A stretch of DNA of 52,931 nucleotides, filler included, from Bipalium vagum (taxonomy: Eukaryota): the NCBI GenBank assembly GCA_037834085.1. It is 3 parts of 3 records of this genome, joined end to end, with 100 filler letters (N's around TTAATTAATTAA, not from the genome) between each part and the next. Parts side by side here need not be neighbours in the genome. Positions count along the whole stretch, not along the records: positions 1 to 16,881 come from JBBMKC010088572.1; positions 16,982 to 33,630 come from JBBMKC010100350.1; 1 more part is not named here. One strand, written 5' to 3'. Positions within the stretch are counted from its first letter, which is position 1. Every line of letters starts with the position of its first letter. The notes beneath the pieces are model-generated. The model was not told where the DNA came from, did not search any database, and saw only the letters and a list, made by a program, of their open reading frames with translations. Made by a program: the position numbers and the translations under genes. Positions 13,761 to 27,110 of this stretch are shown here, piece after piece.

Positions 13761-14508
13761 AAAAAGATATTCGAAATTTTTATAAACGAATCCAACATAA
13801 AATACGACATTACCTTCTTTTTCTTTTTGTTTATCGATAATAATCAGAACAAAAAATAATATATTAAAAGCAAAGCTTCACAGAAAAGAGACATACTAAA
13901 TTGGAAATATCAAATAATAACTTCTGTAGAGACAAACATGGAATGGCCTGTAAGTATTACTTAATGATTGAACATTAATTATTAAAAAAAACGACATTAC
14001 TTATGCGTCGACCTAATAGATTTATTAAAGAAATCCAAAGGAAGTTGAGAAGAATTCTTCTTCAGGTTGTACAATTTAAAAGAATTCAACATAACGAAAA
14101 AAGAATTATTAATAAAAAATATAATTAAAATTCCTTTTTCATAAGAATAACACAAAGGCTGATATCGTTTACAAATTCCAATGTATAATGTTGGAAAGAA
14201 AGTCTTGACGGAATTTCGACATACAAATTCAATCAATTCATTTTGTTTAAAATTAGTGATTTTTTAAATTTGTTTATGGATTTTTTTTAATTATTTGGTT
14301 AAAGTTTTGCTAAATTCATTCGTTTACATTTTCCATCCATGTCAACTGATGATATAACATATACCGGGTGTTCAAGTTAAAAGTTCATAAATAAAAGATT
14401 GTTCAAACTTCCTACAGGTAATGAATTCATGAAAATTTTAAATTTTCATAAAGATCAAAAATGCGGATTTATTTTTTAACTAAGTTGAATTACAAGATAT
14501 GTTGTATT

Positions 14509-15564
14509 TGTTAAGTTTCCCTAAAAGTGACAAAAATCGATAAGGGCTTATAGGTCACTTAACATAAACGAATATGACTCGCAGAAAGATTTATGGCCTG
14601 TAATTCGGAACAAATTAGGACAAAATAAAAACAACTAAAATCAAATACAAATATTTTTATTTGTAAAAATGTGAATTTATAAAGGTATTTTAAACAAGAA
14701 GCCTTAAATCCTTACACAGTTATCCTGTAACTTGTGGTAAGGTCCTGAGATGATTTGCCAACCCTAACTGTTGTGCAAATGACAAACAAAAAGAGAAAAA
14801 TGGAGAATGAGAACACAAAATAAAGATAATCCTATAAAATAGTGATTATCCGAAGAATAAATGAATTTATGATAAATTTAAATAGTCTGTGTAAACCGTA
14901 ATAGTTTACCAGAGATAATGAATTAAATAATAATAATAATAATAATAATTAAAATATTAATAATAAAAGTTACTGTTTAAAAATGGCATAAACTGTGAAT
15001 GAATTGACTGGAGACTGAAATGATGCTTTACTGTGAAAGATTTTGCAATTGAATTGTCTGGTAACGGACTGTTTGTTTTTGTAATGTCTGATTATCTGAA
15101 CTGTTTTTGTCACTCGCCTTTAAATATCTCAAAGTTGTTGACAAGGATTATTATCGTTCTGATGTCTGCTGACGTCTTGTGATAAACGGTGTATTTGAAT
15201 ATTTTGTCGGGTCCAACTATTTTGTTCTAATAATTTTCTGTTTTTTTCCGTCTTGACCGTGTCTCGTTTTTGATGTCTTTATTTTTGTCTAATATTTTTC
15301 TGTGTTTTTGGTCTTTGAATTGATGAATTTTTTAATGCCAATTTTATTTTTGTATTTAAATAATTTCCCTTTTTAATTTTCTGTTTTAAATTATTTCTAT
15401 ATTTAGATTTATATAATATCTTTTTGGTAGGTTTCTATTTTTAGAAACCTGGTATTTTCTAATTTTGGTTTTCTGTATAATTGCTTTTTTTATATATTTT
15501 CTTTGTGTAATAATTAATTAATAATAGTAATAATATTGATAATAATAATAATTGTTAGGTTTCA
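14509..15564 (-). mobile_element. Probable solo LTR (~1.05 kb) inserted in the DD41D-like element
   Basis: Plus-strand ends TGTTAAGTTTC...TTTCA. Minus strand has TATA-like TATTTAAAGG (~15126), an internal (ATT)n and AATAAA (~14660). The 3' end GAAACTTAACA is identical to the PBS-flanked LTR end at 33515. Target duplication (ATTT) is imperfect. Confidence 0.55.
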
Positions 15565-15750
15565 ATTTAATTTTTTAGGAATTCTTGTTTTTAAAAATGA
15601 CAAAGATAAAAACACTTTTAATATTTTTATTAAAATCAAATTAAAATAAAAAGATTCAAGATAAAAAATTGTCAAATAGTTCAGTTTTTCTTGAGTCTCC
15701 ACATATTTTATCAAAATAGTTACAAATATGATATGTACATAAATCATTTT

Positions 15751-16790
15751 TTATTCGAAGTGTCCACCTTCATTTTCTAAGCATGCTTCCAGCCTATGAG
15801 TGACATATTCCACGGCTTCTTGAAGGTTAATTTCTGTCACAATCTGTACAGCTTGGATGATACGTTCCTTCAGTATTTCACGACTATTTGGGCGATTGCC
15901 GCCTGGATAAACTTTTTCTTTCAAGAATGACCATAACCAGAAATCCAGGGGTGTTAGATCAGGGCTTTGGGCAGGCCATTCGTTAGGAAATCCTCTTGAA
16001 ATTATTTTTCCAGAACCGAAAGTGTTTTCCAAGAATACTCTTGCTTGTTTGGCAATATGGGGAGCAGCACCATCTTGTTGGAAAATTAAACGGTTAAATC
16101 TCGGCATTGATTTGAGACTCGGAATAAGATAGTGAATAAGCATATCCAAATATCGTTCCGAATTTATAGTCTGACTATTGCCATTATCCTCAAAGAAATA
16201 TGGTCCAATAAGAAAGGAAGACGACATCGCAATGAATACGTTGACCTTTGCCGAGAATGTTGAGTATTCAACCACATTATTTGGATTTTGCGTCACCCAA
16301 AATCGAAGATTTTATCTGTTCACCCATCCATTGAGATTGAATGAGCATTCATTACTCCATATAATTCGGTATATAAATGTATCATCCTTAGATATATCTG
16401 ACAGCATCCCTTTGCAAAAGGCATAACGATTTGCCTTATGTTTGTCTGAAAGAGACTGCCCAATTATGACTTTATAGAGAAATAATTTCAATTCACGTCT
16501 GAGATACGTGTGAACTAATCCAATAGAGGAACCTGAATCAGAACTCAGTTTCCTTATGCTCGTAGAAGTTCCCTCTGCTTTCATCTGGTGTAAAACCGTA
16601 TCAATATCATTTCGATTCTCTTCTGAAGCACGAGGAGATCGCACATTGTGATCTTTATTAATGCAACTAGTTTGCTGGAATTTAAAAATAATCTTTCTTA
16701 TTTGCTGTACTGAGGCGTGTCACTCTTTCGTTTTATTTTTTTCGGTTGAAAATTTTCTCTGAGTTTCAGCGAACTCTAAGTTTTAAAAAA
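15751..16790 (-). pseudogene. DD41D-like transposase, frameshifted (ORFs 16312-16644 and 15751-16296)
   Basis: IIWSNECSFNLNGWVNR, KVNVFIAMSSSFLIGPYFFE, IFQQDGAAPH-(42 aa D to D)-WPAQSPDLTPLDFWLWSFLKEKVY, RLEACLENEGGHFE. The first catalytic D appears as N. Confidence 0.93.
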
Positions 16791-16881
16791 TAATAATTTA
16801 TTTTTTGTCATTATTTATGCATTTAAACAACATAAGTTTATATATAAAGCAGGATTTACTAAATCCGCAATAAAGGTTATT

Positions 16882-16981
16882 NNNNNNNNNNNNNNNNNNN
16901 NNNNNNNNNNNNNNNNNNNNNNNNNTTAATTAATTAANNNNNNNNNNNNNNNNNNNNNNNNNNNNNNNNNNNNNNNNNNNN
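16882..16981. other. Assembly gap with synthetic six-frame-stop linker
   Basis: 44 N + TTAATTAATTAA + 44 N = exactly 100 bp. Confidence 0.97.
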
Positions 16982-18250
16982 ATTATTAGTACCAAAATTA
17001 ATGAATTACATGCATTTCTTTAAGTGCGCTTAAACGAATGTTTACTAGTGTATATTATCGGAATACACACTAAACATATATATCAATTTATCAGACTTTC
17101 AAATAAGATCTATATAAAAATAATGGTTTTAAAATAATATGTGGTAAATCAAGGATAACATATAAAAAATACTCAAATAACTTATTACTTAATATATGTA
17201 TAATTTCACAATTTGAAACAAAAAAATAGAAAACAATCCATATCTAAATAAATGTTATAAAAATAACTTTATTTTAAACTACATTGACTTGATCAATATC
17301 CAGAAATAAACAAATTGAAAAATATATATTTATAAAGAAAAATTTCAATTGGATTTCTGGTAAATTCCATATAAGCTACTTTTCATGACGTGGATTTTTT
17401 CACTTACCTTAATAAAAGATCAAATTCTGATAATAAGAAAAATTAACTAACCTATAAAAATTCAACTTACTGCAAGGATTTATAGCGTTGCACTTCGAAT
17501 ATTATAAAAAAATTTTATAGCTGAACTCTAATAAACTTAACCTGTCCCCAAAACGAATAACAACATAATAAAAAGAATTAGTTGTGACTTAACACCAACA
17601 AATTTTAAAATCTGATTCTTAACTGAAAATCATGCCTTTTGGTGTAAAAAATAAAAATGTTCATTGATTTATCGTTTAAATTTAAATTTCTATCTTTATA
17701 ACACATCGTGAAAAAATCAAAATGTAGTACTAAGTAAATTTTAAATAATTATTGTTTAATATTTCTGTATAAATATTTATTAATAAATAAATTTAAATAA
17801 TACACCATATGATTACAAAAGCATTCATATTTCTTAGTGCACTTTTAAAAAATAATTTTTACAAAGTTACAAATATAAATACTAAAGTATAAATATATAC
17901 CCAAATTAAATTTAAACTTTACATTTCATTACTATATGGCTAAAAGTTTTTTGCAATACTCAATTTTAAATTAAAACAAAAAGGTGGTAGGTTAAATAGA
18001 AAAATAACAATAACAAATACATATAGTCCTTTAATATTTCCTAATTGAAACTAGTAGATAAGAAATGGTAAAGAATTGAATTCTTATATTTTTAAGCTAA
18101 AATGTGTTATGATGATCTTGTTTGATTCATAAATGATCAGATAGATCTATTAATTTGTGGATCAATTGATTTCAAAAACCAGTTTATGTAAGATTACATT
18201 CAAAAATACGTAACCTTATATTACGGGAAATCCTATAGTCAAAATATAAA

Positions 18251-21121
18251 CTATTTGATTCTGAGGATAATATAATTTATTCACAAAAAATGATTTATAA
18301 CATGTATAAGTTAGGTTTTAGATATTTAAACTTACAGAAATTTAGAAGAATCTGTCTTTTCGGGAATATATGGTTTTTGAAGATTGGTAACTGAAAACCA
18401 TATAATATATTCTGAGGTTTTCAAATATAACTAAACGGGCTAGTTCATTAAACTTAAAGGTGAAAGAAATCAACATGTTCAATTAATTTAATTTTAAAAC
18501 TGTTTAGAAACTTACTGAAATTGAAAAAAAACAGTTTATTAGCAATTACTTTTTTTGGAAATCTATTTTTTGTTTCACAAAAAGCATTATTCGCTAATAA
18601 ATCATCAAAAACACAACTAATCAAATAATGCGCAGAACTGTCCATACTGTCCTTTTTAGATACTCCAGTGCTTAGTGTTAACGAAACTAAATTGTATTTT
18701 CAAGATGACTGGAATAATCGATCACAAAAGCAAAAATTTTTTAGACATAAGTAGTGGTAATAGTTTAAAATTGTAAATCAAAATCATCCAAATTCATTCC
18801 CATAAAAATAATAAGTGAAATGTTAAATTTTATTTTAAATTTACTTCAATACAGCAATTTGTACAATTGAAAATATTGAATATGGTTTTAACTATTTTAA
18901 GAATTCAATTTGTATTACTACATTTGCAAAATAAAACTTTTTTAAAACGTTATTCTATAAGATGACAGAAAATCACGTCGACAAAATAAAATACATCCCA
19001 CCATTCTAAAAATAGAATTATATAAAAAAGATTATTAATATTCTTAAAGTACATTTTTTATTACTTCAATATAACATATTTAATATTATTGATTATTATT
19101 TTCATAGAAGTCAGATCTACAATTATATCCATACATCTGGTGGGAAAATGGCAATGTGAGAAATCAATTAATGCATAGAAGACAGTCAAACGATCCAAGA
19201 GCTTGACCATTATGGCTACCGCACAGGAAGAGGAAGAAAACGAAAAGTAAACATTACCAGAACCTATAAAATCATCAGAAAGCACAAAGATAAATCCCAG
19301 GCTTTCCATGAAAAAAATAGCATAAAAATTGAATATAAACAGGAAATCTATATGTTGTATAGCAAAACAGGAGTTTGGACTCAGGCCATACGAATACCAC
19401 AAATTCAAACTATAAAAAAGGCTTGCTCGATGCCGGTTACTTATGGGTCGCGCCGTAGAGTTGTAGAGAAAATTCTCTTCTTTGATGAGAAAATGTTTAC
19501 AATTAAAGAAAGTCAAAATAGCCAAAATGACAGAAGGTGGTCTCAAGAATCTCCTAAGGCTAAAATTATAGAATATATGCAAAATTCAAAATCTGTTATG
19601 GTATGGGAGGGATTTGTTTAACGCACAAAATACCCTTCGTTTATAGAAAAAGGAATCAAGTCAATGCAGGATTCTACAAACAAAATATTTTACAATCCAT
19701 AGAGAAGCCTTGCGCCCAACAGTATTGTGGGGAACAACATATTCCAATAGGACTCAGCCACGGCGCATAGAACTAATTCAACACAGCAGTTCTGAAAGAA
19801 GAATTTCCCGGATTTTATCTCTTCACCTCCATATTCCGCAGATATTAAAGCCTATGGATTACAGTTTTTGGCCTATTTTAGAGACAAGAGCGTATTCTAT
19901 GAACTACAGAAGTGTAACTTCACCCAAGGCCTCAGCATTTCCAGAATGGAACAAAATAAAAACAGAAGACCTGTGGTGAATTTTTATTTTCAAAAACGCT
20001 TACAGCTCTGTATACATGCCAAAGGTGGCATTTTTGAATATTTTTTATATTAAAGACTTTTTTTGCTGTTAATTAACCTTTTGTGTTCGCAAAATTTTAA
20101 AAATATAGCTAATTGTGCTTGTCAACGTGATTTTCTGTCACCCTGTGTTATTATAACGAAAGATTTTATTAAAGAATCTTACTATAAATTTATGATATTT
20201 TTATTGGTTATGGTCACCATATTATTGATTTTTGTTAATACTATTATTTGATATTTTTTCTGTTACAAAATAGTTTAAGGAAAACTTAATTATAAAGCAA
20301 AATTAATATATCCAATAATTTAATTTTTTCCGGTGAGACTGAAAAATAATTTTGTACTTTTAAATTCCCTTTATTATTAATAATTAAATCCCCTACCTTA
20401 CTTTTCCTACATATATTTGTATTTGAAAAGAAATACTTTTGACATTCCGCAAATTAACGAATCTGGTCAGTCCACCATAAAAATTTAAATCGCAATAAAT
20501 ATCTAAAAACTTGCGACTCTCACTTTAAATTAATGTTTTAATATTTTACCAAATACCTTGAAACATCTTTCTCGTTTGTAATGCGCTATATAGTGTTAAA
20601 CTTTAATAAAAGTAATCAGTCATTATTAATGAATTTAAAAAATTAAAGGGAACCTTGAGATGAGTAAAAATTATAAATAAGTCTCATTTAAATAAGCATT
20701 AATAAGTTAAAAAATTTAAAACCACATTTAACAAGGTTGAAAAGTTAAATAAATTTAAAAAAAGTTATTAAAAAATAAGAACTTTAAAAATGTTAAGTTT
20801 TTATACCATTTAAAGGATTAAACTGATTAACTAACAAAAATAGATCATTAGAACTTTTCGTGACAAATTAAATAGATCTTTATTTGTCTTTAAAAATCTA
20901 AAATAAATACAAATTTGAGACTGAATAGTAAAGCAAACATAAGTTCATTAAAACTATAAGAATTACCAAAAATGAAAGAAATTATCAATAAATAAACATA
21001 TTATTTTCTGTTTTACAAAGGGTTTTTGAAGATAGATTTTGATAAAATCATAAACTATTGATGTTTATATATACTTACTTTGATTAAAAGTTAACAATAG
21101 ATGAAAAAGACCTATCCTCAG
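18251..21121 (-). CDS. Candidate multi-exon gene, 3' portion, unknown product
   Basis: AG/GT-bounded, phase-compatible exons 21121-21079, 20585-20550, 20502-20437, 18686-18516, 18390-18336 and 18260-18251 join into one open frame (LRIGLFHLLLTFNQTHYKRERCFKVFDIYCDLNFYGGLTRFVNLRNVKISLTLSTGVSKKDSMDSSAHYLISCVF...TNLQKPYIPEKTDSSKFLIK*). Three donors are GTAAGT. No recognisable domain and no start exon found. Confidence 0.4.
18958..20145 (+). mobile_element. maT/DD37D-like element, near full length, degenerate
   Basis: TIRs TAAGATGACAGAAAATCACGTCGACAA / TTGTCAACGTGATTTTCTGTCACCCTG; ILFFDEKMFTIKESQNSQNDRRW, SVMVWEG, FQ*DSATAH, PMDYSFWPILE, KRLQLCIHAKGGIFE. Confidence 0.92.
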
Positions 21122-21779
21122 CTATGAAATAAATACATTGAAATAAACTAAATTAATACATGAATAGCTACTTATTATATTATTATTATTATTATTAAGG
21201 GTCATTATTCAACCTAACAGTTATAAATAAATAAGAATATTAATTTTAAAAGTTGTCATTTCTTATCACAAATCAAATATGGAAATTTTTCCAAAAAATA
21301 GTGTATAATGAGTGTATCATACACTACGAAGTTAAAAGTAAAAGTTTTAATAAATAATAAAAATAACTTAATGCTAGAATTTTGAAACTTAAGTGATTTA
21401 AATATATCGATTAAATTAAATAAATTAATTAAAAAAAAATATGAAATAGAAATCTATAATTCATATATTCAATTAAAAATATACAGAAAATAGATTAGGT
21501 ATTCAGTAGAATAAAAAATAAATTTAAGAAATATTTAATCCACACAAAATACTATAACATTAAATTCAATTTCAAGAATGAATAAAGGTTATAAATAAGA
21601 GATAAAGATCTTTTAAGAATCTTGATGTATTTAAAAAATACCAATTTCAAAAACGAATAAAATTATTCTGAAATATTTACAATAAATTTTTTACCGAATT
21701 AAAGTTTTAAATTTTATTCATTATTCAAGCATTAATTAGTTAGATAATAGTCATTGCTTTAAATAATCATCTTTAGTCA

Positions 21780-22440
21780 ATGAGGTAGAGCTTCATAATT
21801 CTGTAAACCTAAACAGTTTAGGATAAAAAATTAATATCAACCGAAGTCCTTCAATTTACAAACTCAGAACAAACTATTGTAGTCTTACATTGTCCTGGTT
21901 AAATATCACCTTATTTCTATTGACCAAACTTGACCATTCTCTTCAAGGGCTGCTTCAAGGCTAATCAATTTTGCACAGTAAGATTCAAAATTTATTGTTT
22001 TGTTTCTTGATAGAAGATTCATGATAAATTATTCCAACTAATCCAACAAAACATCTACTTTTAACTACTGTAAAAATTCGTTTAAATTGATTCATTTTTG
22101 TTTCTATTCCACAAAATTTTGTCAAATATTTTTTTCTGATAATACATACGGAAGCAAATATCGTGCTTATTTATCAATCCAAGTGATTTTAAATTCCTTC
22201 CGACCAGAGTACGGTTTGCGTTTAACAAAACTCTAATTTATTTGGTTTGCTAAATGAGTATTTTTTTTTCAACCAGTTCATTGATTTTGTCATTATGAAC
22301 TGTATATGGCTATCTGAAAGGGTTTACTATAGCTAGCTTCAAATTTTGTAAACCATACACAAGACATCTTGATCTTTAACTGTATGAGGTCTGTGAGAAT
22401 TGCACCTTTTTCTTTATGTAAAATGAAGTTCCAATATATC
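21780..22440 (-). pseudogene. Degenerate mariner transposase
   Basis: Minus strand INFESYCAKLISLEAALEE..SSLVNRNKVIFNQDNVRL..NYEALPH. Confidence 0.75.
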
Positions 22441-23059
22441 AAAAATTTATGCTTCTAATAACTAACTGTTGATGTCAAAAACAAATATTATAGAATAAAA
22501 ATTATTCTATTAAATAAAAATATTATTCGATCTACTTGTTTTTTTAATTATCGTTTTAATTAGGAATAATATCATAGGAAAAAAACGAATTCTAATAATA
22601 TAAAGTAAAAATATGAAATTTGAAAACTAAATATTATTCTGATATAGATTTTTAGAATTTAAATATTTAAAAATTGTTTAACAGAAAGAAATTTTTATGT
22701 AAAACAATTAATGTAAATAATTTAATAAACATGGAAAATACACCAGTGTGTTTTATTAATACTGAAAATATTTATTTTAAATATAAAATCAAGAATAAAT
22801 TTTTTATTAACATTTCAAAAACTTTTAAATATATTAAATAGAATTATAAAATATCTCTCAAAAATTTTCATTTTAAAGCTTAAACTCAAAACAACTTTAG
22901 TTACATTAAACGCTTAAGTTCAAAGTTATAATAAAAATCCCTTTTAATCTTTTTTAGGATAAAAGAAAATAGTAATACTATTAGGTTTCCTTTTAAAGTT
23001 CGCGGAAAGATGAAATAAAAAATTATTGAAAATTTTATTATTAAGGAATGTATAAATAT

Positions 23060-23345
23060 TAGTTTTGCTCGACTTTGAACTTTTCCAGATAGCAATCTGC
23101 AAAGAGATACATTTGTCAATCACTTCTGAATTTTTCGGATGCCAGAGACAAATTCTGTTGCGGATTTTTCATTCCATCGAGATTTTGAAAATGTTTACCA
23201 AAGTAGGATTTTTTCAATTCATTGAAAAGGTGAATATCACTAAGTGTTAAATCAGAAGAGTGTGGCAAATGAAGAATTAGAGTCCATCCGATCTCTCGAA
23301 TAGCGTTAATTGAGCAATTTGAAGGTACGTCATTTTTCGCGAACT
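23060..23345 (-). pseudogene. Mariner transposase C-terminal fragment
   Basis: Minus strand INAIREIGWTLILHLPHSSDLTLSDIHLFNELKN (cf. GWE.LPHPPYSPDLAPSD.HLF). Confidence 0.8.
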
Positions 23346-23846
23346 TTAAAAACGCCCATTATTTAAAATTTGAAATTTTTACATAAAAAATTTTTAGAAT
23401 ATCATATTATTTTGTTATTAATTTCTTAATTTTAAAGGTTCTATTTTGATTATTTGAAAATTTTTATTTCTTATTTATTTGTTCCCGTTTTTAGTGAAAT
23501 TTTTTAAATTTCTGGTCTTACCCCAGGTTTTGTGATTTCTTTTTATTTCTTCAATTAGTTATATTTATCAGCCTGAATCACTATACTAATCAACAATCTT
23601 ATTAGGGACATCAACATGAAATTTATATATAATTTTTTTTCTATATTCATTAATATCGAATAAACTTTCAAAGAGAAATTCGATAAGTCTAAATTCAACT
23701 ATCTCTCTATTAATATTTTCAGCACTTATGTAGTAAAAATCTTTTAAGATAACCACACATTATAAACATAAATTTATATTTTATCGCTTTCCAAATGTTG
23801 ATCATAGTCCACAATAACAGTTATGTTTTATAATCATATAGAATCT

Positions 23847-24976
23847 GATAGACTGTCCCATAAGCAAGTGTTCTTATTTAATCATTCAATATTTTGTTGT
23901 TTTTTTGCTATTCGTTTGATTTAATTATTGATCTGTGTTTTCAGAATCAAAATTATCTGTTTATGTTTCAGATATTTCAACTAATGGAAGAAATATTAGC
24001 ATTAGATCGACACATATTGCAAGCATATATACTTTATCAATTTCTGCAAGGACGAAAAGCTAGTGAAGCTCATCGAAACTTATTCAACGTGATGTGTCCT
24101 GGTGCCGTGCAATACAATAGTACCAAAAATCATTTCAAAAGATTCAAAGAGAATGATTTTGCTCTTTGAGAAAAACAAAAAGTATTATGAAATCTTCACT
24201 TGGCGTGTAGCCCGTCCGTGGCAAATTTCTACAATACTCAATCTTCCACAATGTATTATTCATCGTTATCTGAGAAACTCATGAAGAAGACCAACGTTGT
24301 TCAAGCTATACTTCATGAACTGACAAATCAACAAAAGTTTAACCGTTGGAAAATATCGATCTCATCCGGTAGAAGTGCATATTTTACTTGGATCAACCAA
24401 TACTACGAAGAAACGACAAAAAAACCAAAAATGATTTTAAAAATTGAAATCCTCGACAAAAAGATTCTGTCATTTTAGTTGGACTTGAAGCGAATAATTT
24501 ATCGTGAGCTGCTTCCTGATAATACTACAGTTACTACTGATATCTACTGTGAACAATTTCAGTAGATGATAGCAGTTTATCAAATTTTAAGTGTCAAAAC
24601 CGATTGAATCCTAGTGTTGAATGATAACTCCCACCCTCATTGTGCAAAGCTGACTTTAACAAAAATAAGAGAATTTAATATTCCAGACTTACCATATACT
24701 GCCTTTATAGTCACCAGCTGGCTTCAAAAAGTTTTATTTGTTCAGGACGTTGCAACATTGTTTGGAAGGTAGGCAGCATTATAAAAATCGTAAAAATCTT
24801 TTTTTCACTGACCTTCATGCCTTCTTTAGTAACCAACCTCCAAAATTCTACGAGTGTTGATTCACCCAATTAACCGAACAGAAGTTATCAAACATAAATG
24901 TTAATATATTGATTTATTAAATTGTGTTTTTGATAAATTTTTATTTAAAAGTGCAATTACTTATGGGACAACCTGA
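23847..24976 (+). mobile_element. Near full-length degenerate mariner with both TIRs
   Basis: TIRs TAGACTGTCCCATAAGCAAGTG / TGCAATTACTTATGGGACAACCTGA|TA; MEEILALDRHILQAYILYQFLQGRKASEAHRNL, ILHELTNQQK, IIYRELLPDNTTVTTDIYCEQ, VLNDNSHPH. Confidence 0.9.
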
Positions 24977-25149
24977 TAATCAGACCACGAGTTAATTAAT
25001 ATTGATATAGATTTTAAAGGCTTAATTTGATATATATTATATGACATTTTTAAGATAATGAATGTATCAAAAAAATTTTGAGTTTTAAAATTGTCTAAAC
25101 TGTATGAAATTGTAAATACAAGCTATTCCAATTCTATTCTATATTTAGT

Positions 25150-25890
25150 ACATACACAGATTAATCTGGTATTTTCTATTCTCAAATGCCCAAAGTACTC
25201 TATTTAAGAATTATCAAACTTTCTCCGTCGAATAACTTGAAAAATATATTGGAGAATGGCTGTCAAACATGAATCTCATTAATATTTCTATGAAATGTAG
25301 AAATCAAAAGCATTTGAATCTGTAGAACATGAAAATTGTGATCAGATGTATAAATCGGTCTCTTGAAGTTTCTAGTTTTCCTTGGTATTACATAACCATC
25401 CACTATCAGTTTTTAAATAACCCAATTGTATTTTTTCGAAAAGCAGCAACAAGCTGCTACAACTGCGAAGTTTGAAACTCTATTGATTCTTTTCTGAATA
25501 ATTGCAAATAATAATAAATTTTCTCCAAGATCCTTGAAAAACCCGTGAAATAAGATTTCATGTATTGTTAATAACTGTCCAAAATAGTCAAATTAATGTC
25601 TTTTAATTCATAGCATTTTCTTTTTCGAATACAAATTTGGGGAGAAAATAGTGTTAACAATTGACCAGATTATTATATATTTATTTTCTTAACCTTTAGT
25701 TGCAGAAATACATGTCCTGTATTTTTCATCTTCCTTAAACTCTATCTTCGACATCAAATTTATTGATATTGAATTACAAAACTCATCAATACCGTGGAAA
25801 CTCAGAGGTAGTTTTGCTGTCAAGTGTTGAATTCAACTCTGTTACAATTAGCGGAAATCCAAGTTTATATATCCAAGAGTAGTGAAACCA
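25150..25890 (-). mobile_element. Possible hAT (ZMYM1/Tip100-like) transposase remnant
   Basis: Minus strand HLTAKLPLSFHGIDEFCNS resembles the LA.Q.LAFRGHDES..S motif; otherwise heavily decayed. Confidence 0.45.
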
Positions 25891-26869
25891 ACTTTTGAAT
25901 ATCAACTTGATTAAAATTTAAGAAAAGTTAATACATTTTCTAAAAAATTTTGATCGTATGCAAAGATAATAATATCAACTAATATATTTTTAGTAATTTT
26001 TTGTTACATAAGCAAGTTAAGTAAAATTATTTATTAAAATTTTATATTTTAAAAGATCTGATATATTTTGATAATTATAGTTCATAATTTATATCTCTAT
26101 TTACTAATTGAAGTGCATAAGATTATTTAATCTCCAATTAACTGAAATTTACTATATTATTTCATAGTAAATTCTTTTTTTTATTTACAAATATTTTTTT
26201 TACAAAATGTCATCATTGTTACTATAGACAAATCTCATGTTATTTTTAAAAATTTATTCTTATTCTTTTGAGGTGTCTATAAATTTATTTCTAAAAATTT
26301 AAACAAAAAATTGAAAAGAAAATATCGGACTTTAAAATATTAATTTTATTGAAATACAAATAAGAAGTATTCGAAGCATTGTATAAAAAATCATGTTTAA
26401 TATTGCTTGTAAAAATTTAACGCTTTCATATATCTTTAATAATTAACCATTTTTTAGTTTAAAAAATATTCAAATATTTTCACTAATAATCTTTAAAAAT
26501 TTTCTGATATTTCTATTTTTTAGACTTTAAATGAAGTTATTTATTGTTATATTATTAAGAAAAATATTCTTATTCCATTTTACATCCATAGTTTTTAATC
26601 CTAGTAACCATTACATTATAAGCACTAGGTTTTTGAAAATAAATATTAAAAAAGATGTAACTTGATCCATTTTTTACATATTTCCAATATTACATTATTA
26701 AGATTTCATATAATAACTAATATTTTATTTATTTCATAATTCAACAGAACTCAACATTTATAATTTATAGAATCTATTCAAAAAATTAAACTTTTAAATA
26801 ATTATTTCTACGATTTAAACTTTCTCATTTTCAAAATGAATGAATTTATAATATAATCTTTATTTAATA

Positions 26870-27110
26870 CCAATGTCTGAAAAGCTCAATTTTAGAGAAA
26901 GTGAACCATGTTGCAATACTGAAAGAGATGTTATCTTCAAAATAAAACTTAGATTGCTTACAAACTCGACAAACTTTAAACCAACCCAAACATCAAATTG
27001 TTCAAGATTTTAGTCTTAAAAAATATTCTTCTTTCACAGAACCAACGACTCATTAACACGATGAAATTTAGAATAAATCACTTGTTTTGCGAATTAACTA
27101 CAAAAAGGTG
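26870..27110 (-). pseudogene. Possible DD41D-like transposase scrap
   Basis: Minus strand EQFDVWVGL and FYFEDN resemble EK..VWCGL and PFFFED. Confidence 0.3.

Larger units (their letters stand above)
14364..16881 (-). mobile_element. rosa/DD41D-like Tc1/mariner element carrying a nested LTR; 5' end runs into the gap
   Basis: Terminus TA|CCGGGTGTTCAAGTTAAAAG at 14362; transposase on the minus strand at 15751-16790. Confidence 0.75.

Noticed and set aside
16926-16937. Palindromic TTAATTAATTAA centred in N runs (also 33675-33686)
   Set aside because: Identical 44N-12-44N layout twice; a synthetic six-frame-stop contig spacer, not biology. Adjacency across these gaps is uncertain.
21781-21802. 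let-7-like seed TGAGGTAG (also at 2549)
   Set aside because: Both lie inside transposase coding relics (antisense of EALPH; sense EVGF) and lack a hairpin.
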